In this document: positions 21,140-30,192 of the stretch, piece after piece
Layout of the letters: every line of letters starts with the position of its first letter
How positions within the stretch are numbered: position 1 is the stretch's first letter
Assembly (NCBI GenBank): GCA_002703375.1
Contig: NZTO01000062.1
Span: 1-47,142 of the forward strand
Source: Fidelibacterota bacterium
GTDB taxonomy: Bacteria > Fidelibacterota > Marinisomatia > SCGC-AAA003-L08 > GCA-002704045
Length of the DNA: 47,142 bases
Direction of reading: 5' to 3'
The notes under the pieces: model-generated
What the model was told of the DNA's origin: nothing
Seen by the model: only the letters and a program-made list of their open reading frames with translations
Database searches by the model: none
Position numbers and translations under genes: made by a program

Positions 21140-22198
21140 ATGTTTAACATTGATAATGATATAAAAAAATCATCTATAATAGATAAAAAATTTTATATCA
21201 ATAATAAAGCTTATCAACAAGTTATCAACAAAATATTTGCTTTTTCCTGGCAATTAATAACAGATCAGGTCACTATAAATAAAACCAATGTAATACCATT
21301 TATATTTTTAGAAAAATCAATTAATGAACCTATGATACTTGTGAAAGATGATAGAATAAAATGTTTGTCTAATGTATGTACTCATAGAGCACATATTGTA
21401 ATGAAAAAAAGTTGTAACAAAAATAAATTAAAATGTAAGTACCACGGAAGAACTTTCAAATTAAATGGGCAATTAAATCATGCTCCCGGATTCAATGATG
21501 CATCTAATTTTCCAACAAAAAATGATAATTTAATTCAATATCATATACAAAACTGGCACCAATTTATTTTCGTTTCTATGAATCCAAAAATTAATATATC
21601 TAATGCTCTAGATGATATTAGTAATAGATTGCCAAATTATAAATTTTCTAATCTAATTTTCGATAAACATAATTCAAACAGTTATTACATTAATGCGAAT
21701 TGGGCATTATATTGTGAAAATTACCTTGAGGGATTTCATGTGCCTTTTGTTCATAAAGGATTGACCAAAGATATAAATTATGATTCTTATGAAACTATTA
21801 TAATTGATAACAGTGTTTTACAAATTGCTCAAGCATCGATTGGTGAAAAAGCAATCAATGGTACAAATAATATCTATGCTTACTATTATTGGATTTTTCC
21901 AAATTTAATGATAAATATTTATGAATGGGGTGTTTCTATTAATATAATAGAACCATTAAGTATTAACAGTACAAAAATTAATTTTTTATCCTATCCATTT
22001 AAAGGAAAAGCCCAGCCTGTTAATTCTAGTTCTAGTTTAGATAATGTAGAAATGGAAGATCAAGATGTAGTTTTAAACGTTCAAAAGGGAATAGAATCTA
22101 ATGCCTATAAAGGTGGGAGGTATTCTCCTGAGCACGAAAAGGGTCTACACTATTTTCATTTATTAATTAATAAATATTTAAATGATAATTCCATTTAG
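21140..22198 (+). CDS. Rieske [2Fe-2S] non-haem-iron oxygenase, alpha-subunit-like
   Basis: Rieske motif CTHRAH...CKYHGRTF. Mononuclear-iron motif NYLEGFHVPFVH. No reductase or ferredoxin partner is in the window. Confidence 0.75.
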   Translation: MFNIDNDIKKSSIIDKKFYINNKAYQQVINKIFAFSWQLITDQVTINKTNVIPFIFLEKSINEPMILVKDDRIKCLSNVCTHRAHIVMKKSCNKNKLKCKYHGRTFKLNGQLNHAPGFNDASNFPTKNDNLIQYHIQNWHQFIFVSMNPKINISNALDDISNRLPNYKFSNLIFDKHNSNSYYINANWALYCENYLEGFHVPFVHKGLTKDINYDSYETIIIDNSVLQIAQASIGEKAINGTNNIYAYYYWIFPNLMINIYEWGVSINIIEPLSINSTKINFLSYPFKGKAQPVNSSSSLDNVEMEDQDVVLNVQKGIESNAYKGGRYSPEHEKGLHYFHLLINKYLNDNSI

Positions 22199-22264
22199 TC
22201 AATATCACAAAGTTATATGACACTTACCCGAATTTTTAGTTTATATTTATCGCGCAACAAATCT

Positions 22265-22717
22265 TTAAATAGTATCTAGAACATCACAAGCATGAGATTT
22301 TGTTTTAACTTTATCATATACTTGTATTATAGTACCCTTTTCATCTATTAAATAAGAAATTCTTGCTATACCCATATATTCTTTTCCATACATTTTCTTT
22401 TTTACCCAAGCACCGTACTTTTGAATCATATTTTTATTTTCATCACTTAATAATTCATATTGAAATTCTTGTTTAATCTTAAAATTTTTATTTTTTTGAA
22501 CTGAATCAGCTGAAACGCCAACTATGATAATTCCTTGATCTTGGAATTTTTGGTATTCATCACGGAATCCCTGACCTTGTACTGTTCAACCTGGTGTTGA
22601 GGCTTTAGGATAAAACCATAAAATTACTTTTTTACCATAAAAATCAGCTAACTTTACATCCTTATCATCAGTATTTTTTAATATAAAATCTGGCGCTTTA
22701 TCTCCTAATTTTAACAA
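22265..22717 (-). CDS. bcp: Bcp-type peroxiredoxin with in-frame TGA at the peroxidatic Cys position (predicted selenocysteine, codon 44)
   Basis: Not in the ORF track. TTG start at 22717 is preceded in frame by TAA, with AAGGAG 7 nt upstream. The 150 codons are collinear with Bcp: WFYPKASTPG[TGA 22586-22588]TVQGQGFRD, GVSADS, LLSDEN, GIARISYLIDEKG. TAA stop at 22265-22267. Confidence 0.7.
22552..22571 (-). promoter_or_regulatory. Candidate SECIS-like hairpin downstream of the bcp UGA
   Basis: mRNA sequence GGGAUUC-CGUGAU-GAAUACC, i.e. 2 bp, a G.A mismatch, then 4 bp, with a hexaloop containing GU. The loop lies +22 to +27 nt after the UGA. The stem is weak and was folded by eye only. Confidence 0.3.
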
Positions 22718-22763
22718 TTAATTTCTCCTTATATTTTAATATATGAATAGTGCGTATATTTGT

Positions 22764-22775
22764 TAACTTAAGTTA
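22764..22775. promoter_or_regulatory. 12-bp perfect palindrome TAACTTAAGTTA in the divergent bcp/grx intergenic region (possible operator)
   Basis: It is self-complementary over 12 bp and sits in the 80-nt spacer between two divergent redox genes. It is not statistically compelling in AT-rich DNA. Confidence 0.2.
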
Positions 22776-22797
22776 TTAAAATTTTTTAAGGATTCAA

Positions 22798-23046
22798 ATG
22801 ATAAAAATATATTCAACAAATTGGTGTCCTTCTTGTAATTGGGCAAAAAAATTTCTTGATGATAAAAACATTAAATATAAAGAGATCAATATTGAAGAAA
22901 TTAATATGTCAAGAAAAGATCTACAATCTTTAACAGGAGGAAGTACAGTTCCTCAAATTGTCATCAATGGTAAATCTATAGGCGGATATGATAATCTACT
23001 AAAATTAAATAATAATGGTAAACTTATGAAATTGATAAAAGAATGA
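22798..23046 (+). CDS. grxC: Glutaredoxin (Grx3-like, CPSC active site)
   Basis: 82 aa. IYSTNWCPSCNWAKKFL and TVPQIVINGKSIGGYD. It ends in a TGA stop (23044-23046) that overlaps the next ATG. Confidence 0.9.
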   Translation: MIKIYSTNWCPSCNWAKKFLDDKNIKYKEINIEEINMSRKDLQSLTGGSTVPQIVINGKSIGGYDNLLKLNNNGKLMKLIKE

Positions 23047-23678
23047 AATTTATACCCAATCACATAGAAAAATACTGCATTGAACAATCCAAAAAAGATT
23101 CAAAATTATTAGATGATCTAACAGATTATACAAAAAAAAATATTGAAGGGTCAGAGATGCTTTGTGGACCTTTAGTAGGAAGTGTTCTACAAGGAATTAT
23201 TTGCATGATACAAGCAAAAAAGATTCTAGAAATTGGTACATATACTGGTTACAGTGCTCTTAAAATGGCAGAGGTGCTTCCTTCAGATGGAACAATAGAT
23301 ACTTGCGAATTAGGTGACAATCATTGTCAAATAGCAAGAAAATTTTTTAAAAAATCTCCCTTTAACGAATCCATAAAAATTCATAGGGGAAAAGCGTTAG
23401 AATCTATTAATAAATTCTCTGATAATTATTTTGATATGGTTTTCATAGATGCAGACAAAATTAATTATAAGAATTATTATAAAAAATCATTGAATTTAGT
23501 AAAAAAGGGAGGAGTCATTGTTTTAGACAATATGTTATGGAGTGGCAATGTTATTCAACCTAATGATGAACAATCGAAATCGTTAAGAAATACAGCTGAT
23601 TTTATTAATAACGATATTAAATGTTTCAATTTTTTAATGCCCGTTAGAGATGGTTTAATGGTTTGTATAAAAAAATGA
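23043..23678 (+). CDS. Class I SAM-dependent O-methyltransferase (caffeoyl-CoA OMT family)
   Basis: SAM motif LEIGTYTGYSAL, metal/catechol-type motifs FIDADK and DNMLWSG. TGA stop at 23676-23678. Confidence 0.8.
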   Translation: MKFIPNHIEKYCIEQSKKDSKLLDDLTDYTKKNIEGSEMLCGPLVGSVLQGIICMIQAKKILEIGTYTGYSALKMAEVLPSDGTIDTCELGDNHCQIARKFFKKSPFNESIKIHRGKALESINKFSDNYFDMVFIDADKINYKNYYKKSLNLVKKGGVIVLDNMLWSGNVIQPNDEQSKSLRNTADFINNDIKCFNFLMPVRDGLMVCIKK

Positions 23679-24868
23679 ATTCATTTAAAGATAAAAAAAT
23701 TCTGTTATGTGTAACCGGCTCTATTGCTGCTTTTAAAGCATGTGAACTTATAAGAATTCTTAAAAAAGAAGGCGCTTATATTCAAGTTATGATGTCATCC
23801 TCAGCTGAAAAATTTATTGGTTCATCAACATTTGCAGCTTTATCTGGTGAAAAAGTTTTAACTAATCTCTTTCCTAATTCACCAAAAGGTGGTCTTGAAC
23901 ATATTGAAATGGCTTTTGAAATTGATTTAATCGTAGTAGTGCCTGCAACAGCAAATATTATTTGCAAGGTTGCTTCTGGTATAGCTGATGATATTATATC
24001 CACAACATTATCAGTTTGTGAACAGCCTTTATTATTTGCACCAGCAATGAACAATAGAATGTGGTCTAATCAAGCTACACAAAACGCAATAGATAAATTA
24101 AAAAAAATGGGTAAAATTGTTATGGAGCCAGAAAATGGCCAACTTGCTAGCTTACATACAGGAAAAGGAAGATTACCTGCAATCAAATCGATCGTTTGTG
24201 AAATTAGAAAATTATTTAATTACCCTCTCCCCTTAAAAAATAAAAATATTTTAGTTACAGCTGGGCCAACAAGAGAGAGTATTGATCCTGTCCGTTTTAT
24301 ATCAAATAGATCAAGTGGTAAAATGGGTTATTCTATTGCTCAAGAATCATATAAAATGGGGGGTAATGTAATATTGATTTCTGGTCCTACATCATTAAGC
24401 GTACCTCCTGGGATTAATTGCATTGATGTAGAAAGTGCTAATGAAATGTATAATCAAGTTTTAAAATATTGCGATAATGCAGATTATATTTTTATGACTG
24501 CTGCAGTTTCTGATTATAAAATTAATAAGTATAGTGAATTTAAAATAAAAAAAAATAAAAATAATATTTCTATTACTTTGAAAAAAAATCGTGACATTTT
24601 AAAGTCACTCAATGGTAGAACCAAAGCTCAAATTATAGCATTTGCACTTGAAACTAATAATGGGAAAAACAACGCTCTTATTAAATTAAAAAATAAAAAT
24701 GCTGATTTTGTTGTATTAAATTATGCGAATGAGGAAGGTGCAGGTTTTGAATCTGATACCAATAGAGTAACAATTTTTTCTAAAAATAAGACGTTTATCA
24801 ATTTGAACAAAGATAGAAAAGATAGAATTTCAAATAAATTAATTAAATTTGTATTAAAAAATAAATAA
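23663..24868 (+). CDS. coaBC: Bifunctional phosphopantothenoylcysteine decarboxylase / phosphopantothenate-cysteine ligase
   Basis: N-terminal flavoprotein domain KILLCVTGSIAAFKA and PAMN. C-terminal domain VTAGPTRESIDPVRFISNRSSGKMG. Confidence 0.92.
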   Translation: MYKKMNSFKDKKILLCVTGSIAAFKACELIRILKKEGAYIQVMMSSSAEKFIGSSTFAALSGEKVLTNLFPNSPKGGLEHIEMAFEIDLIVVVPATANIICKVASGIADDIISTTLSVCEQPLLFAPAMNNRMWSNQATQNAIDKLKKMGKIVMEPENGQLASLHTGKGRLPAIKSIVCEIRKLFNYPLPLKNKNILVTAGPTRESIDPVRFISNRSSGKMGYSIAQESYKMGGNVILISGPTSLSVPPGINCIDVESANEMYNQVLKYCDNADYIFMTAAVSDYKINKYSEFKIKKNKNNISITLKKNRDILKSLNGRTKAQIIAFALETNNGKNNALIKLKNKNADFVVLNYANEEGAGFESDTNRVTIFSKNKTFINLNKDRKDRISNKLIKFVLKNK

Positions 24869-24870
24869 AA

Positions 24871-25488
24871 CTAATCTATTTTATTTTTACTTCCTACATA
24901 AGGTAAATAATCTAAAAAGCTCAAACTGTAATAGCTATTCAATCCTGATATTCCAACTATATCAGATTCATCTAAGTCAATTTTTCCAGCTGAATCAAGA
25001 TATGAATCTATGATTGAAATTAATTCTATCGAACCAATAATAAGTTTACAGCCATTCGGTAAATTCACCAAATTTTCAATTCTCATACCTATTTTTAAAG
25101 GACTTTTTTTTACGAAAGGTGCGTGAAAATCTTCAATATATTCTTTATCTATATTGAAAACATCAAATTCTGATTCTAAAATTTTTGATGATGTTAGATG
25201 TGCTTTTTTATAAAATGACTCTGTAATACTGTTAATAGTAAAATATTGAGTTTCTTGTATATTTAAAAAAGTATGGCTCTTTTTCTTGTGTTGGGGTCTA
25301 ATTACAAAACCTAATAAAGCTGGATTTGATCCCAGGTGCACAACAGAAGAGAATATTGCAAGATTTTCTTTGCCATTTTTTGATTTTGAACCTATTAAGT
25401 TTGCAGGTTTTATACCAGTTACAGAGTTAATAAAATTTAATCTCCATATTCTATCTGCATTTTTAATATAATCTTTTTTAAAAATCAT
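24871..25488 (-). CDS. Flavin reductase-like (FMN-binding split-barrel) domain protein
   Basis: 205 aa. The overall pattern (SVTGIKPANLIGS...NLAIFSSVVHLGSNP) resembles the flavin-reductase-like family. The assignment is tentative. Confidence 0.45.
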   Translation of the reverse strand: MIFKKDYIKNADRIWRLNFINSVTGIKPANLIGSKSKNGKENLAIFSSVVHLGSNPALLGFVIRPQHKKKSHTFLNIQETQYFTINSITESFYKKAHLTSSKILESEFDVFNIDKEYIEDFHAPFVKKSPLKIGMRIENLVNLPNGCKLIIGSIELISIIDSYLDSAGKIDLDESDIVGISGLNSYYSLSFLDYLPYVGSKNKID

Positions 25489-26438
25489 AAGTTTAAATAT
25501 TCAGATATTCTGATTATGACAGGTCTATGATCAGATATATATGTTTCATAGAAGTTCCAACCAATGTAATTATCAATTTTAAATGTAAAAATCATATCAT
25601 TATTATAGGAATTAAATAATTCATTTGTAATTAATATATGATCTAAGTGACTTGGCCAGGTTGGGAAAGACCAATTTGAAGTACTACCATTTGCAATATC
25701 TGTATCTGCAAAATAATAATTATTATAATCATTTATAAATTCTATGAAAACATTATTATCTATATCATCATTTATGTTATCATTAAAATCGCCTAATATG
25801 ATTACAGATTGATCATTAAATTCGCCATCAATAAATTTCTTAAGATATTTTGATGATTGAAATCTTCTATATTCTTCATCGTAACTTATTTCGTTTTCTA
25901 ATTGACCATCTCCACAACATTTATAATGTACGTTTATAATAATATAATCTTTATTTTGAAAATTAATTTTTAAAATAAATGGAGCTCTGTAAGAAAATAT
26001 ATATTCAAAATCAGATGAACTCAAATCAGGAAAATATGAACTAGTTAAATTATAGGGATTTTGGATTAATGTTAAGTTATCTTGATTAATTAAATAAGCT
26101 AATTCTCCATAAGATGTATTTTCAGATCTAAAACCTAGCCAATTTCCGTTTAAATTAGATACAAGGTTATTAAATTCATTTTGATCTGTAATTTCTTGCA
26201 ATGCTATAAGATCGATATTTAAAGTATTTATTATACTTTCTAAATAAAAACTAGTTTTATTTGTTTTAGGAAAATTTTCTATATTCCAAGTCATAATATC
26301 TAAAGTTTGATCAGATCCTAAATTAGGCAAATCAAAATTTATGTTCTCTTCATTAGTAAAACTATTAGATTCATATGGCTGTTCAATTGCACAGCCCAAA
26401 AAAATTATTTTAAAAAGTATTAATAATCTTATAATCAT
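25485..26438 (-). CDS. Endonuclease/exonuclease/phosphatase (EEP) family lipoprotein
   Basis: Lipobox IIFLGC. EEP motifs IMTWNIENF, LQE, GDFND and C-terminal SDHRPV. Confidence 0.75.
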   Translation of the reverse strand: MIIRLLILFKIIFLGCAIEQPYESNSFTNEENINFDLPNLGSDQTLDIMTWNIENFPKTNKTSFYLESIINTLNIDLIALQEITDQNEFNNLVSNLNGNWLGFRSENTSYGELAYLINQDNLTLIQNPYNLTSSYFPDLSSSDFEYIFSYRAPFILKINFQNKDYIIINVHYKCCGDGQLENEISYDEEYRRFQSSKYLKKFIDGEFNDQSVIILGDFNDNINDDIDNNVFIEFINDYNNYYFADTDIANGSTSNWSFPTWPSHLDHILITNELFNSYNNDMIFTFKIDNYIGWNFYETYISDHRPVIIRISEYLNL

Positions 26439-26499
26439 TGATTATAATTTAAAAATGAATTAAATAAATGTTACTATTATGTTTCATCAAATTTAAATT

Positions 26500-27513
26500 A
26501 TGAGTATGTTAGAATCTATATTAATTACTGGTGCAAATGGAGAGATTGGCCAAGGTTTAATTAAAAAAATATCCAAATTTAAAAATATCATCAGTTTGGA
26601 TATAAATGACATTGATAGTCAAATTAAACCTTTTGTAAAAGATTGTATAAAAGGAAGTATTTTAGATAAAAATATTATTTCCCTTATAAATGATAAATAT
26701 AAAATAACTCAAATTTATCATTTAGCTGCTTTATTAAGTAGTAAAGCAGAACATTCACCGCAATTAGCACAAGATGTTAATGTTAATGGTACATTAAAAT
26801 TATTAAACTTAGCAATAGATCAAGCAAAAAAAAATAATCATACAGTAAAATTTTTTTTTCCAAGTTCAATCGCAGTATATGGATTAAATGGATTAAAAAA
26901 TAAAATTTTAGCAGGAAAAATCGATGAAAATCAATTTTGTTTTCCTGAAACTATGTATGGATGTAACAAGTTATACTGTGAACATCTAGGTAGATACTAT
27001 TCAATTTATTATAATAGATTATCAAAAAATTATAAACCAGGATTGATAGATTTTAGGGCGATCCGATTCCCAGGATTAATAAGTGCCTACACATTACCGA
27101 CTGGAGGGACAACTGATTACGCTCCAGAAATGTTACATGCAGCTGCTTCTAATAAATTATATACTTGTTTTGTGGAACAGAATACAACCCTTCCATTTAT
27201 GATAATGGATGATGCTATTGAATCAATAATAAAATTAATGTCAACAAAAAAAGATAAACTATCCCAAATGATTTATAATGTTGGATCATATAGTGTATCA
27301 GCAATTGATTTTAGAAATATAATAATGAAATATTATAAAAATGCTAAAATTGAATTTAGTGTAGATTTAAAAAGACAATCTATGGTTGATAGTTGGCCTG
27401 AAGACGTAAATTTTAATGCGGCAATGTCTGACTGGAACTTTTCTCCAAAATACAATTTTGAAAATTCCTTTAAGGACCATTTAATACCAAAAATTAGGAG
27501 TCAATATGAGTGA
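26500..27513 (+). CDS. tdh: L-threonine 3-dehydrogenase, NAD-dependent epimerase/SDR type
   Basis: Rossmann [12 protein letters not shown] and catalytic YGCNKLYCE (YxxxK). It overlaps and precedes kbl, the classic tdh-kbl pairing. Confidence 0.7.
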   Translation: MSMLESILITGANGEIGQGLIKKISKFKNIISLDINDIDSQIKPFVKDCIKGSILDKNIISLINDKYKITQIYHLAALLSSKAEHSPQLAQDVNVNGTLKLLNLAIDQAKKNNHTVKFFFPSSIAVYGLNGLKNKILAGKIDENQFCFPETMYGCNKLYCEHLGRYYSIYYNRLSKNYKPGLIDFRAIRFPGLISAYTLPTGGTTDYAPEMLHAAASNKLYTCFVEQNTTLPFMIMDDAIESIIKLMSTKKDKLSQMIYNVGSYSVSAIDFRNIIMKYYKNAKIEFSVDLKRQSMVDSWPEDVNFNAAMSDWNFSPKYNFENSFKDHLIPKIRSQYE

Positions 27514-28687
27514 TTTAATATACCATTTAAATAATGAATTAAACGGCATTAAGAAAGATGGTTTGTATAAAGACGAAAGGGTAATTAATTCTCCTCAAAA
27601 TACAGAGATTGTCGTAAGAAATAAAAATGTTCTTAATTTCTGTGCTAATAACTATTTAGGACTTTCTAACAATAAAGATTTAATCAAAGCTGCTCAAAAT
27701 GGTTTAGATAGATGGGGTCTTGGTTTAAGTTCTGTTAGATTCATTTGTGGTACACAAACAATACATAAAGAACTTGAAGAAAAAATATCTAAATTTCTTC
27801 AAAAAGAAGATACAATTTTATATACGTCTTGTTTCGATGCGAATGGTGGTTTATTTGAAACAATTCTAGGACCTGAAGATGCAATAATATCAGATCAACT
27901 TAATCATGCATCTATTATTGATGGAATTAGGCTTTCAAAAGCTGAAAGATATCGTTATAAAAATAATGACATGAATGAATTAGAAGATTGCTTAAAAAAA
28001 ACTCAATCAAATAAAATCAGATTAATAGCAACAGATGGAATTTTTTCAATGGATGGATATGTTGCTAAACTTGATGAAATATGTTACCTAGCTAAAAAAT
28101 ACAATGCTCTCACAATGGTTGATGATTGTCATGCAACAGGTTTTTTTGGAAAAACTGGTAGAGGATCTATAGAACATTGTAATGTTATTGAGAAAGTAGA
28201 TATAGTAACATCAACTTTGGGGAAAGCCATGGGAGGAGGATCAGGTGGTTTTACCTCAAGTAAAAAAGAAATTATTGATATTTTAAGACAACGCTCAAGG
28301 CCTTATTTGTTTAGTAATACACTTATACCAGCTATTGTAACAGCATCCATTAAATGTATTGATTTAATTTCTAACAATACATCTCTAAGAGATAAATTAG
28401 AAAAAAACACACTCTATTTCAGAAATAAAATGGAAGAAGCAAATTTTAATATAAAATCTGGGGTTCATCCAATTGTTCCTGTTATGTTTGGTGATGCTAA
28501 AATAGCAAAAAAAATAGCTGATGATTTATTAGACGAGGGTATATATGTTATTGCATTCTCATATCCAGTTGTACCAAAAGGAGAAGCTAGAATTCGTGTT
28601 CAAATTAGTGCGGCTCATTCCCAACAGCAATTAAATAAAGCAATAAACGCTTTTATTAAAATTGGAGAGAAATATAATGTTATATAA
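27506..28687 (+). CDS. kbl: 2-amino-3-ketobutyrate CoA ligase (glycine C-acetyltransferase)
   Basis: 393 aa alpha-oxoamine synthase. [15 protein letters not shown], and the PLP-lysine region [10 protein letters not shown]. Confidence 0.9.
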   Translation: MSDLIYHLNNELNGIKKDGLYKDERVINSPQNTEIVVRNKNVLNFCANNYLGLSNNKDLIKAAQNGLDRWGLGLSSVRFICGTQTIHKELEEKISKFLQKEDTILYTSCFDANGGLFETILGPEDAIISDQLNHASIIDGIRLSKAERYRYKNNDMNELEDCLKKTQSNKIRLIATDGIFSMDGYVAKLDEICYLAKKYNALTMVDDCHATGFFGKTGRGSIEHCNVIEKVDIVTSTLGKAMGGGSGGFTSSKKEIIDILRQRSRPYLFSNTLIPAIVTASIKCIDLISNNTSLRDKLEKNTLYFRNKMEEANFNIKSGVHPIVPVMFGDAKIAKKIADDLLDEGIYVIAFSYPVVPKGEARIRVQISAAHSQQQLNKAINAFIKIGEKYNVI

Positions 28688-29486
28688 AATGTTTTAGATT
28701 GACAACAGATTCAAATAGCAATACTGTTTCTCCAGATATCCATACATTTTTCCAGTCTTTATCATATGAAATTTTTAAATTTCCACCTTTTGATGTACAA
28801 TCTACTTCATAATTGAAATTAAAATCTTTGCTTGCATAGAACAATGCAGCAAGCGAACCAGAACCGCAAGATAGCATCAATCTTTCAACTCCTTTTTCAT
28901 ATGTAATAACTTCTAATGTACTATTATTTATTTTTTTAAAAAAATTTACATTTACACCCTTTGGTTGGAATATTTTTGAATTTCTTATTTTTTTTCCAAT
29001 TTCCTCTAAATTTTTCATTTTATAAATTTTATTAATTCGAGTACAAAAATGCATAGCACCAGAATCAACGACATAACCTTCATGACCTTTTATAATTATC
29101 TTATCTGATATAAACTTTGGAGTCTTCATTTTAATAGATACCTGTTTATCTTTAATTATTGCTTCATGAATTCCATCTCCAGAAACGAATGATGATTTTT
29201 CATTAATATATTTTTTTTCATAGAGCAGTTTAACTGCACATCTAGCTCCATTAGCACAAAACGTTTCCCAAGTTCCATCTGAATTATAATAATCCATTTT
29301 AAAGTCAAAATCATCGCAGTCTGATATTATAATTATACAATCTGCTCCAACACCAGTTCTACGATTACATATGTTTTTAATGAAAGTACTATTTTTTATG
29401 TCATCAGCACATTTATTTTCTAAAAATAATATTACATCATTACCATTTCCATGTGCTTTTATAAAAGGAATGTTTAAATTTTTAAT
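28680..29486 (-). CDS. dapF: Diaminopimelate epimerase; upstream boundary set at a putative ATT start (no canonical start is available)
   Basis: The track ORF starts at ATG 29297. The same frame is open upstream to 29486 and encodes the conserved N-terminus [16 protein letters not shown]...[13 protein letters not shown], which matches E. coli MQFSKMHGLGNDFMVV...RHLGVGFDQLLVV. First catalytic Cys FCANGARC; second catalytic Cys region SCGSGS. Confidence 0.75.
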   Translation of the reverse strand: MKNLNIPFIKAHGNGNDVILFLENKCADDIKNSTFIKNICNRRTGVGADCIIIISDCDDFDFKMDYYNSDGTWETFCANGARCAVKLLYEKKYINEKSSFVSGDGIHEAIIKDKQVSIKMKTPKFISDKIIIKGHEGYVVDSGAMHFCTRINKIYKMKNLEEIGKKIRNSKIFQPKGVNVNFFKKINNSTLEVITYEKGVERLMLSCGSGSLAALFYASKDFNFNYEVDCTSKGGNLKISYDKDWKNVWISGETVLLFESVVNLKHFI

Positions 29487-30192
29487 TTATTTCTCCTGAC
29501 AATTTTTTTAATTGTGTAGTTGTAATATCAATTAAATCATCAATTGATTTACTTTGATAAAGCTTATTGGAAATTTTTTCACCAATTCTTATTATTACTG
29601 TTGTTGGTTTTATTAAAAATCTATTTTTTGGTTTAAAGTTGAATGCTCCATCAAAACCAACAGGCAATATTGGTGTATTCGTATTTTTAGCCATATAGAA
29701 TCCCCCTTTTTTCAGTACGTTCATTTTACCTGTTAATGTTCTTGTACCTTCAGGATGAATTCCTATATGTATACCTTTTTTTAATACTTTTTCTGCATTT
29801 TGCATTCTTTTAATAGAATCCATTCTATTTTTTCTGTTTATCACTACTGCATTTAATCTTTTTAAAATCCAGCCATAGACAGGATATTTGAGATTAGTAT
29901 CTGCAACAATACCCGTGAATTTACCTTGCATAAAGGTTCCCCAAAGAAAAGGATCAATCATACTAGAATGGTTTGCCATGACTATAAATGGTCCATCTTT
30001 TGGAAATTCACCTTCAATTTTAACTTTTATACCTAAACAAAAAACAAATATTTTTGCAAAAAATTTTAATATTGGATAAGTAAATTTTGGGAAAATTAAT
30101 GTCAACACAAATACTCCAAAACCACCCACAAACATTAAAAAGGATCCTAGTATAGTTATCAGAACTGTGTATAAAAAATATATGTAATTCAT
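29482..30192 (-). CDS. plsC: 1-acyl-sn-glycerol-3-phosphate acyltransferase
   Basis: HxxxxD motif ANHSSMIDP, the PEGTRT motif and an N-terminal TM segment. Confidence 0.85.
   Translation of the reverse strand: MNYIYFLYTVLITILGSFLMFVGGFGVFVLTLIFPKFTYPILKFFAKIFVFCLGIKVKIEGEFPKDGPFIVMANHSSMIDPFLWGTFMQGKFTGIVADTNLKYPVYGWILKRLNAVVINRKNRMDSIKRMQNAEKVLKKGIHIGIHPEGTRTLTGKMNVLKKGGFYMAKNTNTPILPVGFDGAFNFKPKNRFLIKPTTVIIRIGEKISNKLYQSKSIDDLIDITTTQLKKLSGEIN

Noticed and set aside
22586-22588. An alternative reading of the in-frame TGA as a reassigned codon (TGA = Trp or Gly, genetic codes 4 or 25).
   Set aside because: TGA clearly terminates the neighbouring glutaredoxin (23044-23046) and O-methyltransferase (23676-23678) at their expected lengths. 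No other conserved gene in the window needs TGA read-through. The aligned residue is the catalytic Cys, not Trp or Gly.
22265-22717. bcp as a simple nonsense-mutated pseudogene.
   Set aside because: This is not fully excluded, but it is disfavoured. The stop falls exactly on the redox-active Cys codon. The start context is strong (AAGGAG plus TTG). All 106 downstream codons remain in frame with conserved motifs, in a genome that otherwise tolerates almost no non-coding DNA.
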